DNA from: Podarcis melisellensis
Lineage: Eukaryota
DNA: 64,000 nucleotides
Assembly: GCA_964234715.1 (NCBI GenBank)
Contig: OZ174287.1
Reading direction: 5' to 3' (one strand)
Shown: positions 39,105-52,466 of the stretch, piece after piece
How positions within the stretch are numbered: the stretch's first letter is position 1
Layout: every line of letters starts with the position of its first letter
The notes under the pieces: model-generated
What the model saw: only the letters and a program-made list of their open reading frames with translations
Database searches by the model: none
What the model was told of the DNA's origin: nothing
Program-made: the position numbers and the translations under genes

Positions 39105-40590
39105 CTGCGGGAGAAAGCAAGAGGGGAAGGCATTGCTACACGCTTGCATGTAATAATGTTGAATGCATGTTGAACGTCGAAGAGATCACAAATCACAGTC
39201 ATAGGTTAGGGAGGGACCCTGAGCATCATCTAGTTTGACCCCCTGCAATGCAGGCATCTCAACTCGTGGTCCCCCATCCAATCTGAAACCATACTGGACC
39301 CTGCTTATCTTTGCAAAGGTGCTAGTGATTTTTTATTGCAGAAGCATCATCACGTACATTTGGTGGCTCACAGGAGACTGTAAAAAGAACTAGTGGTGCA
39401 CATGGCTTTCAAAAAATGGAACAGGTAACTTCATGCCATCTCAATGCTACCACCACTCCCTATAGAGATGACATTTCTGCTCTGGCCAGAGGCAGCTTGA
39501 AATTCCTTCAAATAAGAGAACACCAGACTGCTTGAAAGAAAACCAAGAACAAGTTAATGGAGAAGAGCAGGGGTAAACAGGATTGTGGGTGTCTCACTGG
39601 CTGTGTCAGGAAGGGGCGCATGCTGCCTCAATCTAAAGATGGCCCCAATTTAAAGCTTCTGTGTTCTGTGAATGCCAAAAATGATCCCTTCCAAGTTCTG
39701 CACCAAGCAATCAAGATAAAGTGTGCTTGTAGAGTTCATGTGCAAAACCTATGCTGCTTCCAGCATACAGTGAGCCATGGGGAGTGCACATATGGAAGAT
39801 GGGTATGGGAAATAGGCCACTGGGGAATAAGGCACTGTCTGTAGCAGCCAGCACCCTCCCTCCCTTTATAGACAACCAGTATTGCCCCTGCACTTCCCAA
39901 AAGGCAGAAGTAAGCAAATAAATATATATATATATTTTTCAACAATCTGCACACCACACTTAATCACAGTCATCTCTAAGAGGCGTAATGAAACTAAAAC
40001 AGTAACTTCAGAATTCAATTTAAAAGGCCTGCTTGAAAAATAAAAAGGGCTGTTTCTGACGCAACCAGATGCAGAACTTCAGCTCACTCGAAAATCAAAA
40101 CATTGAAAGTAAAGTGGAAAGGTGACATTTCAGGACACAAGTTGGCGTTCAAGAACAAGAAGGGGAGTTTGCAGTGCCTGCTGAACTACCAACTTCTACC
40201 TCTTAAGATGCTCACAAAGGGCTTGGTCCATATTAGACACTGAAAGTCCCCCTTTTATCTTCTGTATTATCTGCAGAAGGTATCTGACTGACGTGACCTG
40301 CAGCAGCCAGGTTTATAACTGTGGCTTCACTCCAATGCTATGCCAACCATATTGGCTACCTTTCATTTTTTCTGGGCCTAATTCAAGGTACCAGCTCATA
40401 ATCTATACAGCCTGGCATCAGCCTTCACAAACTCAGTGCCCTTCAAATGTTTTGGCTCTTCAAGTGGGCTGTCGGATATGGGATGCTGCACTGCTTTCAT
40501 TTATGATTAAGTGTTTGTATATTTCATGTGATTTTATTGTTACTTGTTTTTTGTTGCTGTGCTTATAAGTTCTGGGCAAGAAACAAATGG

Positions 40591-40594
<4 letters not shown>

Positions 40595-40625
<31 letters not shown>
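40595..40625 (+). repeat. (TG)n microsatellite
   Basis: Direct reading. Confidence 0.95.
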
Positions 40626-40626
<1 letters not shown>

Positions 40627-41149
40627 TTCAAAACTTGCCCTACTTCTGGCTAGGAGGCAGAGAGCATGCCTAGAGTAGTGGCTCTCAGAGCACAAGGAAA
40701 GCCTTTCTAGTCTCAAACTCCTCTATGGTTTCCATCCCACAATCTGTTTCATCTGGTAAGGAGCAACAGGAGCGCTAAGCCAGACAATGAGATCACTCAC
40801 CAGTTGATAGGGGCAATGACCTCAAACGCTTGAACATTCAGACATGTGGGCATCTTACAGTGCCACTGAGTGATGCTCTATCCGTGTGTTGCTGCTGCTT
40901 CAATCTGCTTGCACCCTGCAGATGTTGACGGACTCCAACTCCCACCAGGCCCAGTCAGCATGGTTTAGAATGATGGGAGCTGTAGTCCGAAAACATCTGC
41001 TGGCTACCCCTGCCCATAAGCGAGAAGGAATGACTGCTGAAAGCTGAATTTACTTATTTTAGAAGGAGTTGTGTCATAAGACAGTTTTTCAACCCCTCTA
41101 ACCCTTGATGCAGGGAGCCTGATGGAAGACCCCTGTATATATCTGCATA

Positions 41150-41485
41150 AAGGGTAAAGGGACCCCTGACCATTGGGTCCAGTCATGGCCAACTCTGGGG
41201 TTGCGGCTCTCATCTCGCTTTATTGGCCGAGGGAACCAGCGTACAGCTTCCGGGTCATGTGGCCAGCATGACTAAGCCGCTTCTGGAGAACCAGAGCAGT
41301 GCATGGAAACACCGTTTACCTTCCTATTTATCTACTTGCACTTTGACGTGCTTTCGAACTGCAAGGTTGGCAGGAGCAGGGACCGAGCCACGAGAGCTCA
41401 CCCTGTCATGGGGATTTGAACCGCCGACCTTCTGATCGGCAAGTCCTAGGCTCTGTGGTTTAACCCACAGCGCCACCCGTGTCCC
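41150..41485 (-). mobile_element. Sauria-type SINE, full length
   Basis: Reverse complement of the 11647 element; perfect 14-bp TSD tatatatctgcata at 41136-41149 and 41486-41499. Confidence 0.93.
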
Positions 41486-41528
41486 TATATATCTGCATAG
41501 ATACCATGAAATACAAAGAAAGGGGATT

Positions 41529-41683
41529 TCATAGACTCATAGAATTGTAGTGTTGGAAGGGACCCTGAGGGTCATCCAATCCAACCCCCTGCAAAGCAGG
41601 AATATGCAGCTGCCCCATTCAGGGATCAAACCTGCAATCTCAGTGTTACCAGCACCACGCTCTAACCAACTGAGCTATCCAGG
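41529..41683 (-). mobile_element. Short SINE with tRNA-Ile-like head and CR1-derived tail
   Basis: Reverse complement of the 62842-62988 element. Confidence 0.8.
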
Positions 41684-42967
41684 CTTTCCAAGTAGCACGC
41701 AGTCCCTCCTCAGGACCCAGCAGAGAAGGCTGAAGCAGAGGCTGCTATTCTGACACAGAGGTCAAGGGCAAAGGCTTAAGGGAGAAAGGCCAGTTGGGCA
41801 ACCAGACAGCAGGTGAAGAAAGGGTGTGAGCTGGAGACATTAATAGAAAGACGCTTAGGTGCCAGGATGAAAAGGGTGGGGGAGAGAGAAACCACACAGA
41901 GCAAGTGTATCCATAACAAGCCGGCAATTACGGCCGTATGCTGAGAAACAAGGGGAGGGGGCAAGATGCGAGCTGTTGGATATACAGGTATCCAAGGGCT
42001 TTGCACTGTGGGGGTGCAAGGATTTTATGAATAGGTACAAGCAAGCGCATTGCTGATTAAGTCAAGTAATTCTCTCTGATCTGCCAAGCCCAGCTGAAAA
42101 CGCAACCGTCTAAGTTTAGTCTTCCTCAAGCTCCCTGCTGCACTGCCAGCCAGCATCTGAATGCGCCAAAACGGCCTCGTCACCTGCCGACAGAGGGAGA
42201 GGAAGGGAGAACAGACAAGTTCTTCTCTATCTAGCCAAGTGCTTCCGAGCAGCAGCAGGTCTCCCCAGGGCCCGCAGAGGGCGCAGTTTTCAAAGCCCTG
42301 ATTAACATCCTCTCTCAACAAGGTTGTTATGATGTTATTACGTCATCTGGAAATTTCCAGTCGGATACCAATTCGTCCAGACGAGGGCAGAACCTCTGAC
42401 GAACCGACTCGTATGGTGGGGCGACAGAGCCCAGCGGAGGGAAGAGGGAAACAAGACGCCTGCTTTGCCTAAATGTTCAAATGATACCTACGGCTGCTCC
42501 AGCAGAGCATGCATGCCGTGCAGCTCAGAAGCCATCAGCAAACTAGGTCAGGAATGCCCGGAAATTGGTGCCAAAGCAGCTCAGCACCGCGGGAGAGCCA
42601 AAATCACAAATGCCATTCTCCAGGCCTCTCCCATCCAAAAAGATAAAGGGGTTTGTACTCTGCAACCCAGGTGGGCTGCGTGCCTATCTCTGTGGGCTCA
42701 AAAAGACAGGCAAAAACTTACACACACACCTGACCCACTATCATCCATGGCACATCACAGCTTCCACTTTCAAGGGATCACAGTACCAGGCAGAGCCAGC
42801 CAACCTCTTCTGGATATACAAAATGAACGCTTCTCTTGCAACCTGGATAGAGTTCCCCAAATTCAGCTGGAGGGAGGGCGAATTGGGGGGTAATCTCAAT
42901 GTCGTCCTCTTTCCCCACTACCAACATTTAAACATGGTGCCCTTTTAACTGCACATGGTTTGCTTAC

Positions 42968-43133
42968 CGTCTGGGAATGAAAGAACCGGGTGGATGCAGG
43001 AGTCCAGCTGAGAGAGGCGCTCCATCAAGGGGGCTTCGTACTGGATTTCCGGAGGCACTGAGCTCCGAGTGCCACAGAGGGCGCACAGGGGGTTCACGTC
43101 ACAGCTGCACCGCCCCATGCTGTTGCGATGGAC
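42968..43133 (-). CDS. KANSL1: KANSL1 exon 7 equivalent
   Basis: gtgcccag|GTC ... G|gtaagc; 166 nt. Encodes [55 protein letters not shown]. Confidence 0.95.
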
Positions 43134-44630
43134 CTGGGCACAAGACGGGGATGGGAGGAGACGGTCATTTTTATTTCATTTGTTATGCTTGTATCCCACC
43201 TGTCCTCCATTTGACACCCCCCATCCCGTTTCATCCTTGTGAGGTAGGCCAGCTAGTCGCTTCAAAGCCAAGCGGGGATTTGAACCCTGGTCTCTCAGGT
43301 CCTAGGCCAACGTTCTTAACCACTGTGCCACACTGGCTATCGGAATGTTTTCAGAAACAAGAGAGCCAAGCACCTGCTCATTTCATGCTCAGCACACACC
43401 CTAGATTATCCCTTAAGAGATGGCAGGGCCTAATCCAATCTCATCAATTCTGGTAAACTAAATTCATCAATTTCATCTCCAGGCACACTCTGGGCTTAGG
43501 AGGCTCTCAAACATAAAGGCAGGGCACCCTGGACCGCTGCTCTTTGCCTCTGTGGAGGACACCGAAGCCAGTTTAACCTGTCTAGTGAGTAATTCTAATT
43601 AAAGAACCATTGTTATGCAAGAGTATAGGAGGCTGTGTGAGAGGCTGCAACTCCAGACTACTTCACCACCACCAATCCTTAACTGGGGAGGGAGGGTTGC
43701 TTCTCCTAAATCTCCATGACGACATCATGGACCCATATTAACAACTTTCAAAGGTTTAGCCTTTTTATTTCTTGTGTTTGTTAACAGTCTTTGAAAACAC
43801 AGTACTTTCTCAAGGTAGCATAGACCATCTGATCAAATCAGTTTACAACATGTAACAAAGCCTTATTAAAATAGCAATACAAGAATGAAAGCAGAAAATA
43901 AGAAAGTTCTGGTTTTTATGCTCTTGTGGAAAGCCACCTTCACTCATTTCCTAGAATCAGGGAGCGAATAAAGGCAGGCATGAAGCATGCAGTCTCTATC
44001 TGGAGAAACAGTCAAAATTAGAGGGGCCCCATGAAATCAGCATAGGTCAGGAAATATGGTTTCAATATAGCTCCTTGTCTCGCTTTGTTGTAATGAGCAA
44101 ATATAGAAAGCAGCACATACACGTGAGATCTGTTTAAAGTAGCAGTATTTTAAGAGTTCTTAAAATTCAAGGTGGGGTGCTTTTTTAAAATAATCTGGAT
44201 AAACTTGGTACTGAATTTTTATTTTATTTTTAGACATAGCCAAGGGAGCGGAAAGCCCCTCCTTGCCCATTTGACCAGTCATCAGGCCAAGACAGCACAG
44301 GGCACTCTCTCCCTTCCCATCCACCCACACCCTGCACCTAAGAAGGAAAAGCAATGGAGGAGGAGGCTTATCAGAGTCTCACTGCCACCACCAAGTTTGA
44401 CAACCTTTGCTTTATCTGCACATCACAGCGGCCCAGAGCACATACTTTACAGCGAGATGGGTACCGATATCAAAATGAAACATGGGCAAATTCTTGCATG
44501 GATCCATCCTGCATTCTTTTTTTGCTTCCTGCTGTCACTCCTCTCCCCTGCCACCCCAAATCACCAAAACCAGATTCCCGCCGCCAAGTGAAAGACAAGA
44601 GGCGACACACCCATCTTCTTCCACACTGAC

Positions 44631-44826
44631 CTTTTTGGAGAGTGGCACCAGGCTGCTGGGTCGAACAAGCCGCCTCTTCTTGCAGCTGAGGACAGGGCGA
44701 GTGCGGGCTGCTACACAGGTTCCATCAGCCGCTGAAGAAGCCACGTTTAGCCTCTGCTTTTTGCGCAACAACTCATCGGCGTCTGAGCTGTCTCCCTGAG
44801 CGTGCTCTGTCAAGCCTGGCTGTAGA
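44631..44826 (-). CDS. KANSL1: KANSL1 exon 6 equivalent (WDR5-binding WIN motif CVAARTRP)
   Basis: cttgggcag|T ... AAG|gtcagt; 196 nt. Encodes [65 protein letters not shown]. Confidence 0.96.
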
Positions 44827-46070
44827 CTGCCCAAGAAGGGGGAAAAACAGAGTGTTAGGTGTCTCTACCGCTTAACCACAACCCCACCATGAGTGAAATG
44901 TTTCCAAATCCCTGTTGTTTTAAAACAGAAAGCAAATCCCAGTAATGAGGAACTGAGACCCAGACTTTAATGCCCTAGGATAATATTCTGCTCTTGGCAA
45001 GCTAAGTTTCTCCAGCTCTGTTCGAAACGCAGGAAGGAGCCTTGTACCAAGACAGAGCACTGGGTCTCCTTAGCTCAACATTGCCCACCCCAGCCCTCCC
45101 CAACCTGGTGCCCGGCAGGTGGTATTGGGACTACAACTCCCACCAGCCCCAGTTAGCATGGCCACTAGTCAAGGGTTATGGGAATTGTAGTCCAAAAAAA
45201 GCACCTGGCGAGCACCAGATTGATAAAGACTGGCCTATCAGGGTATGTTGAATTTGTCAACTTTCAAGTTCCCCCAATGAGGGGTGCTAAAAAGTTGTAA
45301 CATGACTTGGGAATTCAAAATATATTTTTGTTAAAACAATATAATTTAGTTTTGCTTGGTAGGTAAAATGTGTGTAAAACTGCACAGAAATAAATAAAAA
45401 TGATTGCCAAGAACTTGCAGTTATATTTGTTGTTGCTAACGACGACAACATAGCATTCTGTTTTCCAAAAGCAGTTTATGTGCTTCTTCATCAAGCATAG
45501 ACCTACCAAGCTAAATGTTATCCGATCACAAAAAATAAAAGCAGATTTGAATTCCTCGCACCCAAAAACATATTTGAAGACACTTCACTGAATTAAATTT
45601 GCAAGAATTTAGTTTCACCCCCTAAAATGACACTCCCTACTGGCCTTCACTGACAGGCAGCAGATCTTCAGCCAAGAGCTAATTCACATCTTTCCCAGGA
45701 GATGCTGGAGCCTCAACAATGTGGGTTTTGCATGCAAAATATGCCCTCTGCCACTTAGCCATGACCCTTCCCTTTGCCTCTCCTCTCCCACCTGCCCTTC
45801 CTACCTTCAACTTCTTGCTCTTTCCTCTGCAGAAGTCCACACCTCTCTCGCACACCCCTGCTGTGCTCCTCTTTCCTGCTATAGCTTTGCTCCTCCTTCA
45901 GTCAAAGCTGTGCCTGGGGCAGCACTGTCCTCTTTCACAACTTCCATTCTCCCCAGTCCTCACACAGCAGCACCCCCCCCCAAACTCCCTTCCATGCCAA
46001 TCTTCCTCTCTAAGCCCTTAAGAATACCCTGGCTCCATTTGCTTGCCTCCAAAGCATTATACCTGACCTG

Positions 46071-46250
46071 CATAGCATTTCTAAGAAAGGTATGAATTGG
46101 CACTGAACAAAAGCTATAAACGTGGGCTGTGTTAATGTTTCTAGGAAAGGTACAGACTGGTGCTGGGAACAAATGCTATAAACTGTTCTATTTGGACCGT
46201 GCAACATTTCTCGGAAAGGTATAAACCGGTGCGGAATAAATGCTATACAC
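46071..46250 (+). repeat. Degenerate ~50-bp unit x3 with dissimilar spacers
   Basis: Consensus catttctaggaaaggtatanactggtgc.gaacaaatgctataaac at ~46071, ~46132 and ~46201. Confidence 0.85.
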
Positions 46251-46389
46251 TTCAGGAAGATTTTGACTCACACACAAGCTGCAGTACATCAAGAGGCAAA
46301 TTCGTAACCGAGGATGCCCACTGAGGAGCATAAATGTTAGAGCATATATTATCATTGGGGTGGTGGGGTACACTGTGCAAGAGCCTTAC

Positions 46390-46505
46390 GTGTTAATAAC
46401 TCCATTGACCGGTCTCGGCACTCCACAAGTTTTGGCAGGTAGGGACTCTGGGGTATTGCCAACGGATGAACAAAGGTTCTCTGACGAATGGGAGAGGCAT
46501 GTGCC
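46390..46505 (-). CDS. KANSL1: KANSL1 exon 5 equivalent
   Basis: ctctacccatag|GGC ... AC|gtaagg; 116 nt, phase 0-2. Encodes GTCLSHSSENLCSSVGNTPESLPAKTCGVPRPVNGVIN(T). Confidence 0.88.
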
Positions 46506-48954
46506 CTATGGGTAGAGAAGGAAGGGGTGTGTGTGTCAAAAGTTGTACAATTCCAAAACAGCCAACATATCGTTTTTCTCCTGGTTCTCTTGACACGTCA
46601 TGGCAGCAAAAATCACCCAGAGTTATTTGGCATTTAGATTATTGTCTTTGCAACTTCTGCATTTCTGCCTCTTAAACAACACAGAACATAACAGGCTGGA
46701 ACACGGGCTGGCGACTTCAAAGCCCCTCTGACTCAGGGATGCCCAAGAAGAATTTCCTTCAACCTTTACAAATGCTCTTAAAAAGCGAAGGTTTTCTTTG
46801 GAACAAAAGGCAGCAAGGCAGGTTTGCCTGTTTTCAATGTCTAGCTTTCTATTATTCATCATGTGATCAGTCGCTTTCTTACAGAAGGTGCCTTGCACAG
46901 CTGAGGGCATCTCAGAAGGTATCAATGCACGCATCCCATGACATATCGCAACATACCCTGCAATTTCCTAGGAAAAAAATGTAACCCTCTTGAAGCTGAT
47001 CGTGAGATTGAACATCTCAGCTTAGAAGTAAAAGTGTGTTACTTTTCCTTTTATTTTCACACATTTTAAAAGATTCTTACGTAGGTAACAAGCACAAAGA
47101 ATTTAAACCAGAGCTGGGGAACTTCCCTCCAGATATTGCTGGACATCACCTCTGACATTTGGCTAGGCTGATGAAAGCAGGTCCAACACCATATAGAGGA
47201 CCACAGGTTTAAATAAGGGTCAACAAGTCAATTCTGTATAAAACAGCTTCTTATCCCTTTATATAGCTGTATTGCAGGCAATAGTCCTTCAATTACTGGT
47301 GTGTGTGTGTCTAAATACATGCAGGGGGGCCCTTAATGAAATCCACCCTCCCAACTTCTAATTTTTAGCTGAAGCATGCCTCCCCCTTAGACTCCTAAAA
47401 GAGCAGACTGCGGGGTTGGGGTGGCCCCCTATCACCCGGTAATGTGAACACGAGTTGCTAGCCAGGGATCACAGAGGCATTTCAAGGACTGGCCCACGTT
47501 TCTCCAGAGTGGAGAGCGGCACTGTCAGATTAAGAAAACTGTATATTACATCCAGCTCCACTGCCAAATACAGTCTGCCCTGCATTTGTACTCAGCATTC
47601 TGCATGTATTATTGTGCAAATGACAACCTGCATGTTAATGGCCTGCGATCAGAAGCACACAATTAGCAACACCCCTTTGCCGATCACTGCTGTCCGCTCT
47701 AAGGAAAGAGGTGGACGGTTACCACCCTGCAAACTGCCTGGGCAAATGCAGCTGAGAGGTCCTATCATAGCACCTGCCACCTTTTCCCAGGCTAGGAAAT
47801 AAAAAGCCGGCCTTGTACAGGAGCCAAAATGTGGGTATATAAAAAAATATTTTTATCTGCTCCGATTAGCAGGGCCTCTTTGTGGCTTCAAGCAGAGGCC
47901 TCTCCCAGCTCTGCTACCCAAAATGCCAGGGAATGAACCTGGGGCCTGTATGCATGCCAAGCAAATGCTCTCCCCACTGGACTATGGGCCCTGCCACACA
48001 CATCAGAGTGCTCCCCTTCCCTGCCTCTACCCTTACAATAAATTCAGAGAGTGTAATGGTCACAGCATTTGCTTGCTTGCAAGTGCTACGAACTCCTACG
48101 CAGCATGGCTGGGAAGGTCTTGGGTTCCTGGGTCATTCACGTGCCTAAATGAAAGCACCTAGGAATCTTGACATTTCCGTCCAAAGACTGAACTGAAACA
48201 CCTCTTGCATCTCTGAATCTGGGTCAGTCTAGGCCTGGCCAAGAGCAAGTTTGGAGCGTGCTGAAGAACTCTTGTGTACTACTCTGAGCCAACAGCTGAA
48301 AAGGTGGGATACAATTTCCCTGCCCATTCCTGGCACCACATTGGTCCTATAAATGTGCTTCTGGCTCCAAGAGTTCGCTGCTTCTCTCTTGTCAATTGCA
48401 CTGCCGTTTAAACTGCCTAGTTACACTAACACTGTAGATGGTTCCATCTACTGTTATATACCACTGGTTCTGCTGTGAACGTAAATATGGTTTTTAATGA
48501 CCTCGTTTTTGCAGGAAGGAGAAACAGAAATTCTAAAACATTAAAACAAACAAATAGAAGTTTGGTTCTTATGCCCTGGAATTTTGAAAACTGCCTCTGG
48601 CCCTGTGATGCAGTAAAATGTAACGCTGAGCTCACAATCACGCTAAAATCCTGGGAAATGTGTGTGTCCAACTTCTTGTTGACACTGCGCAGCCACAAGT
48701 GGAAAGTATGAGTCACAGAAACACAGCCATTCACGCCCACTTGGAAATGGGTTATTATTCACTTGTTCGGAGCCATAAAATTCCAGAAAAGAGGAAGCTT
48801 TAGGGGATGGGGTGGAGAACCTCTGGCCCAGCAGTCAAGTGCAGCCCTACAGGCCCTCAGGCCTTCTGCTTCTCAGCTGGCTCTACTTTGCAGCTTTCAA
48901 TGAGTGGTTCCGCCTCACTGGAATGTGTCCTTAATGCCTCTTGATTAACTAGAT

Positions 48955-49095
48955 CAATCTGTGTTTCCCAAACCTGGGACTGCAGCTGTTTTTGGACTAC
49001 AATTCCCATCATCCCTAACCAGTGGTCCTGGCTAGCTAGGGATGATGGGAGTTGTAGTCCAAAAACAGCTGGAGACCCAATTTTGGGAAACTGTG
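48955..49095. mobile_element. Palindromic hAT-type MITE nested in an older DNA element (~48806-49280)
   Basis: 8-bp TSD aactagat (48947-48954, 49096-49103) and long inverted arms. The host element resembles 1343-1500 in reverse. Confidence 0.85.
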
Positions 49096-49938
49096 AACTA
49101 GATGGAGAATGGAGAGGGGCGCTTGGTTATCTGAGCAGAAACTGGCCTACTACTGTATGATGGTAATATCCGCCGCTCTGCCCACTTTTGTCTCTAGCAT
49201 CACACGCCAGTGGCATGTCCCCCCTCCTGTTGTTCGGAAGGGAATGTGGCCCCTGGACTGAAGAAGGTTCTTGATCCTTGCTTAAGGAAATGTGCCTACT
49301 CCTTGGAAAAGCTGGTTTCAGTCAACAATCTAACAGTGGGCGACGAAAGAAAAACGGAGATGGAACTTCCACAAAACATCAATGAAATTCTTAGGGCAGG
49401 TCTACCATCTGCACTTTCTGCACTACCTACAGAGTCTGAAGAAGGGGTGGGCCAACCTGTGGTTGGACTCCGGCCCCCATAGGCCCCAGCCAGCATGGCC
49501 CAATGACAGGGATTATGGAAGTTGTAGTTTAGCAACGTCCGGAAGGCTACAGCTTCCACAACCCTGGTTTTAAGAGGGGGGAAAAATCATATCTGAAACT
49601 GAGAGTCTATTAGTGAACCCTGGAGATTTCTGGATTCTCCGATGTGCTTTGGGTTTGTTAGCTTTTGAACTTCCCTTCAAAACCTTCCATGGAATTTCTT
49701 TTGCCTATGCCTTCAAAATTCTCAGAAATATGTACTGGTCTTTCCCACGTTTTGCAAGTGGTGAACGTATTCTGCATATGGAAATAGATTCCGTGCACAG
49801 ATCTGTGGACAGGGAGAAGGCACTGAACAAGGAGCAGCAGACAGGGCAAAGTCATCTAGGAACATGCACGGAACCCAGAGGCTTCATGCTTCTCCCCATG
49901 CTGGAAGTCTGTGCTGCTCTGGGCTCAGCAAACTTGTA

Positions 49939-50153
49939 CAGTGGTACCTCGGGTTAAGAACTTAATTCGTTCCGGAGGTCTGTTCTTAACCTGAAACTGT
50001 TCTTAACCTGAAGCACCACTTTAGCTAATGGGGACTCCTGCTGCCGCTGCACGATTTCTGTTCTCATCCTGAAGCAAAGTTCTTAACCCGAGGTACTATT
50101 TCTGGGTTAGCGGAGTCTGTAACCTGAAGAGTATGTAACCCAAGGTACTACTG
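49939..50153. mobile_element. Tc1/mariner-type MITE
   Basis: TA|cagtggtacctcgggtta ... taacccaaggtactactg|TA. Confidence 0.85.
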
Positions 50154-50510
50154 TACCTGCAAGGTTTTGGCTGCTCCCGCAGTTCTCTATATAGATATGC
50201 AAAGTATGCAAATTGGGGTTTTCCTGAATGCTGGGTCAAAAACAACAGAAGGGAGAGAGATCCAACAAGCAGGAGATAGGTAGACAGACAGACAGACACA
50301 CACACACACACACACACTACAGCCAAAGCCTGCCTACTTCTGTTTCTCTGCATGCAGGATAGTTTTTCCCCTGCACAGCGTACAAACAAAGGATCTGTTA
50401 AAAGCAAAGAGATTGACTGAAGTAGACAGAGCAATATAATGCTAGCAGAGGAACAGGGGACTGGAAGGAGCAAGAGCCCGACCAGCTCTTATAGCACCCT
50501 CAGCACTTAC

Positions 50511-50615
50511 CAGTCTGTCAATCCCGGGCTCCGGCTTGACGTCAGCACTAAGAGTGTGGGATGAGTCACCTAATAAAGGGTCAGAGGGAGGCGCCTCACC
50601 AAGGAGTATCAGGCC
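50511..50615 (-). CDS. KANSL1: KANSL1 exon 4 equivalent
   Basis: ctctttcag|GGC ... CTG|gtaagt; 105 nt. Encodes GLILLGEAPPSDPLLGDSSHTLSADVKPEPGIDRL. Confidence 0.9.
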
Positions 50616-51984
50616 CTGAAAGAGACAGGGAAGAGCAATTCAGTGGCATCTTTCTCAGGCGGCTTCTCCTTCACACAACTCCCAAGAAATTTCTTCTTTC
50701 CCCTTTCACTTTATCTGCAAAGCTTCTCAAGAGACATCAGTTCCTCCAATTTCTCCTACCAGTCAACAGTCCCTTTTCCATTCTTGCACCAATTTGCGCC
50801 TAAATGATGGAGAGCTTAAGGGATGAGAGTGAGGGAAGGAAAGCATCAAGGTGTGGTTTTTGTTCTGTTTAAGTTAGCTTAATGCTCCCAGAACAAGATT
50901 CTCCTTTTCATTCTCCTTTATTGTTCCGACACATGCTCTTTGTGATGTGTACAACAGCTGATGAAAAGGCAGCTTATGTAACACAGCCTTTGCTTTCCGT
51001 AGTTTATTCAAAGTCAGCAGATTTGTCTCTCCAATAAGAAACCTTGACTTTCCTTTTGGGGACAGAGAACTTCACGGACAGGAGCAAAGTGAGTTCAGTT
51101 GGAATCGGCATCCACACATCTTTTAAATCTGGATCTTCCATAGGACTTAAGCCTACATAGAGCTAAGATAGTGTCCAAGGTGTATTCTGCTACGGAAAGG
51201 TTCCCTTGAAGCTTCTGCAGTGACAGCCAAGGGAGAACTAAGCAAGGCTGTAGGAGCCACGCCCCCTTTGTTTATGTGTACAGAGGGTGGTCCAAGGTCC
51301 TGCCAAACTCTAGCCTAGAAAGATGTATTCCCCCAAATGAGGCTCTGTGCCAGCACAGAACCCATAGGCATGTGAGTCTATAGGGAGGGCAAAAGAAGAG
51401 TTATATTATTATTCTACATTCCAGATTCCCAAACTACTGACAAGTATCAAAGAATGCTCCTCTTTCAACTGCCTCCGAAAAAATTGTAAACTTATTCAAA
51501 TGCTAGCAATTTAGAACCAGATGAATAACCAATAGAAATATGCTCAGTTGACATCACTGTTTTTCTGGAGGCCATAGCCTTTTTTTTTTTAAGCTACAGT
51601 GAAGAATGCATAAACCCTTTCATAATATATCATACTATGACTATATCTGGGTCTTCACCAACTCACTCTCACAGGGCATAAAACAAGAGTTAAGTTTTTT
51701 CTGCAATGATCAGGAAGTAGAAAGTGGGTGCCCAGGGACTCCAATTATTATAAAATTTGAACATGGGACACTTTCACAGCTCCTGCTAAAGGCTCATGAC
51801 TTATAAGTTTACCTTACAATAGCAGGTGGCATTCTCGCAGAGAACAACTCAAGCCACATATTGGGCTGATTTGGGAGTCTCTTCTTCATAAACTTGAGCC
51901 AGCTTTAAATTAGGGGAAGTATACAATAGGCAGGTAGGGATATATGCGCCCTTGCAGAATGCAAGTTGTGCTTGCTAGGACATA

Positions 51985-52466
51985 CTGTATTTTTCGCCCT
52001 ATAGGACGCACTTTTCCCCCTCCAGAAATGAAGGGGAAATGTGTGTGTGTCCTATGGGGCGAATGCAGGCTTTCGCTGAAGCCTAGAGAGCAAGGGGGGG
52101 TCGGTGCGCACCAACCCCTCTCGCTCTCCAGGCTTCAGGAAGCTATCCGCTAGTCGTGGGAGACGCAGCTCTCCCACAGCTAGTGGAGAGCTTGCCTGCA
52201 CCCAGAAGCTTGGGGCGCGCTGAGCTCAGCACGCCCCAAGCTTCGCGCAGCGCTCCGCTAGCCGTGGGAGAGCCACGCGAAGTCACATGGCTCTCCCACG
52301 GCTAGTGGATAGCAGCCTGTTCTGGGGGCTGGGGTCGGGGGTAGCTGGGGCTTCCCCCGCCCCAGTCCCGCACCTGGGAGGGGGAATAATTTTTTTTCTT
52401 TATTTCCCCCCAAAAGAACTAGGTGCGTCCTATGGACCAGTGTGTCCTATGGGGCGAAAAATATGG
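51985..52466. mobile_element. Non-autonomous Tc1/pogo-like DNA transposon, CpG-rich
   Basis: TA|ctgtatttttcgccctataggacgcac ... gtgtgtcctatggggcgaaaaatatgg|TA; internal palindrome aagcttggggcgcgctgagctcagcacgccccaagctt. Confidence 0.82.

Noticed and set aside
38621-39238. 205-aa ORF on the + strand
   Set aside because: Antisense shadow of KANSL1 exon 8, with a non-ATG start.
42328-42420. Minus-strand peptide ...DWKFPDDVITS* echoing the exon 7/8 junction FPDDV
   Set aside because: Only a five-residue match with no acceptor in a suitable position; treated as coincidence.
46071-46250. CRISPR array
   Set aside because: Eukaryotic intron, long diverged repeats, short unequal spacers and no cas genes.
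46623-46934. 103-aa minus-strand ORF as an additional KANSL1 exon
   Set aside because: No KANSL1 similarity and no convincing splice-site pair; exons 4 and 5 join in phase without it.
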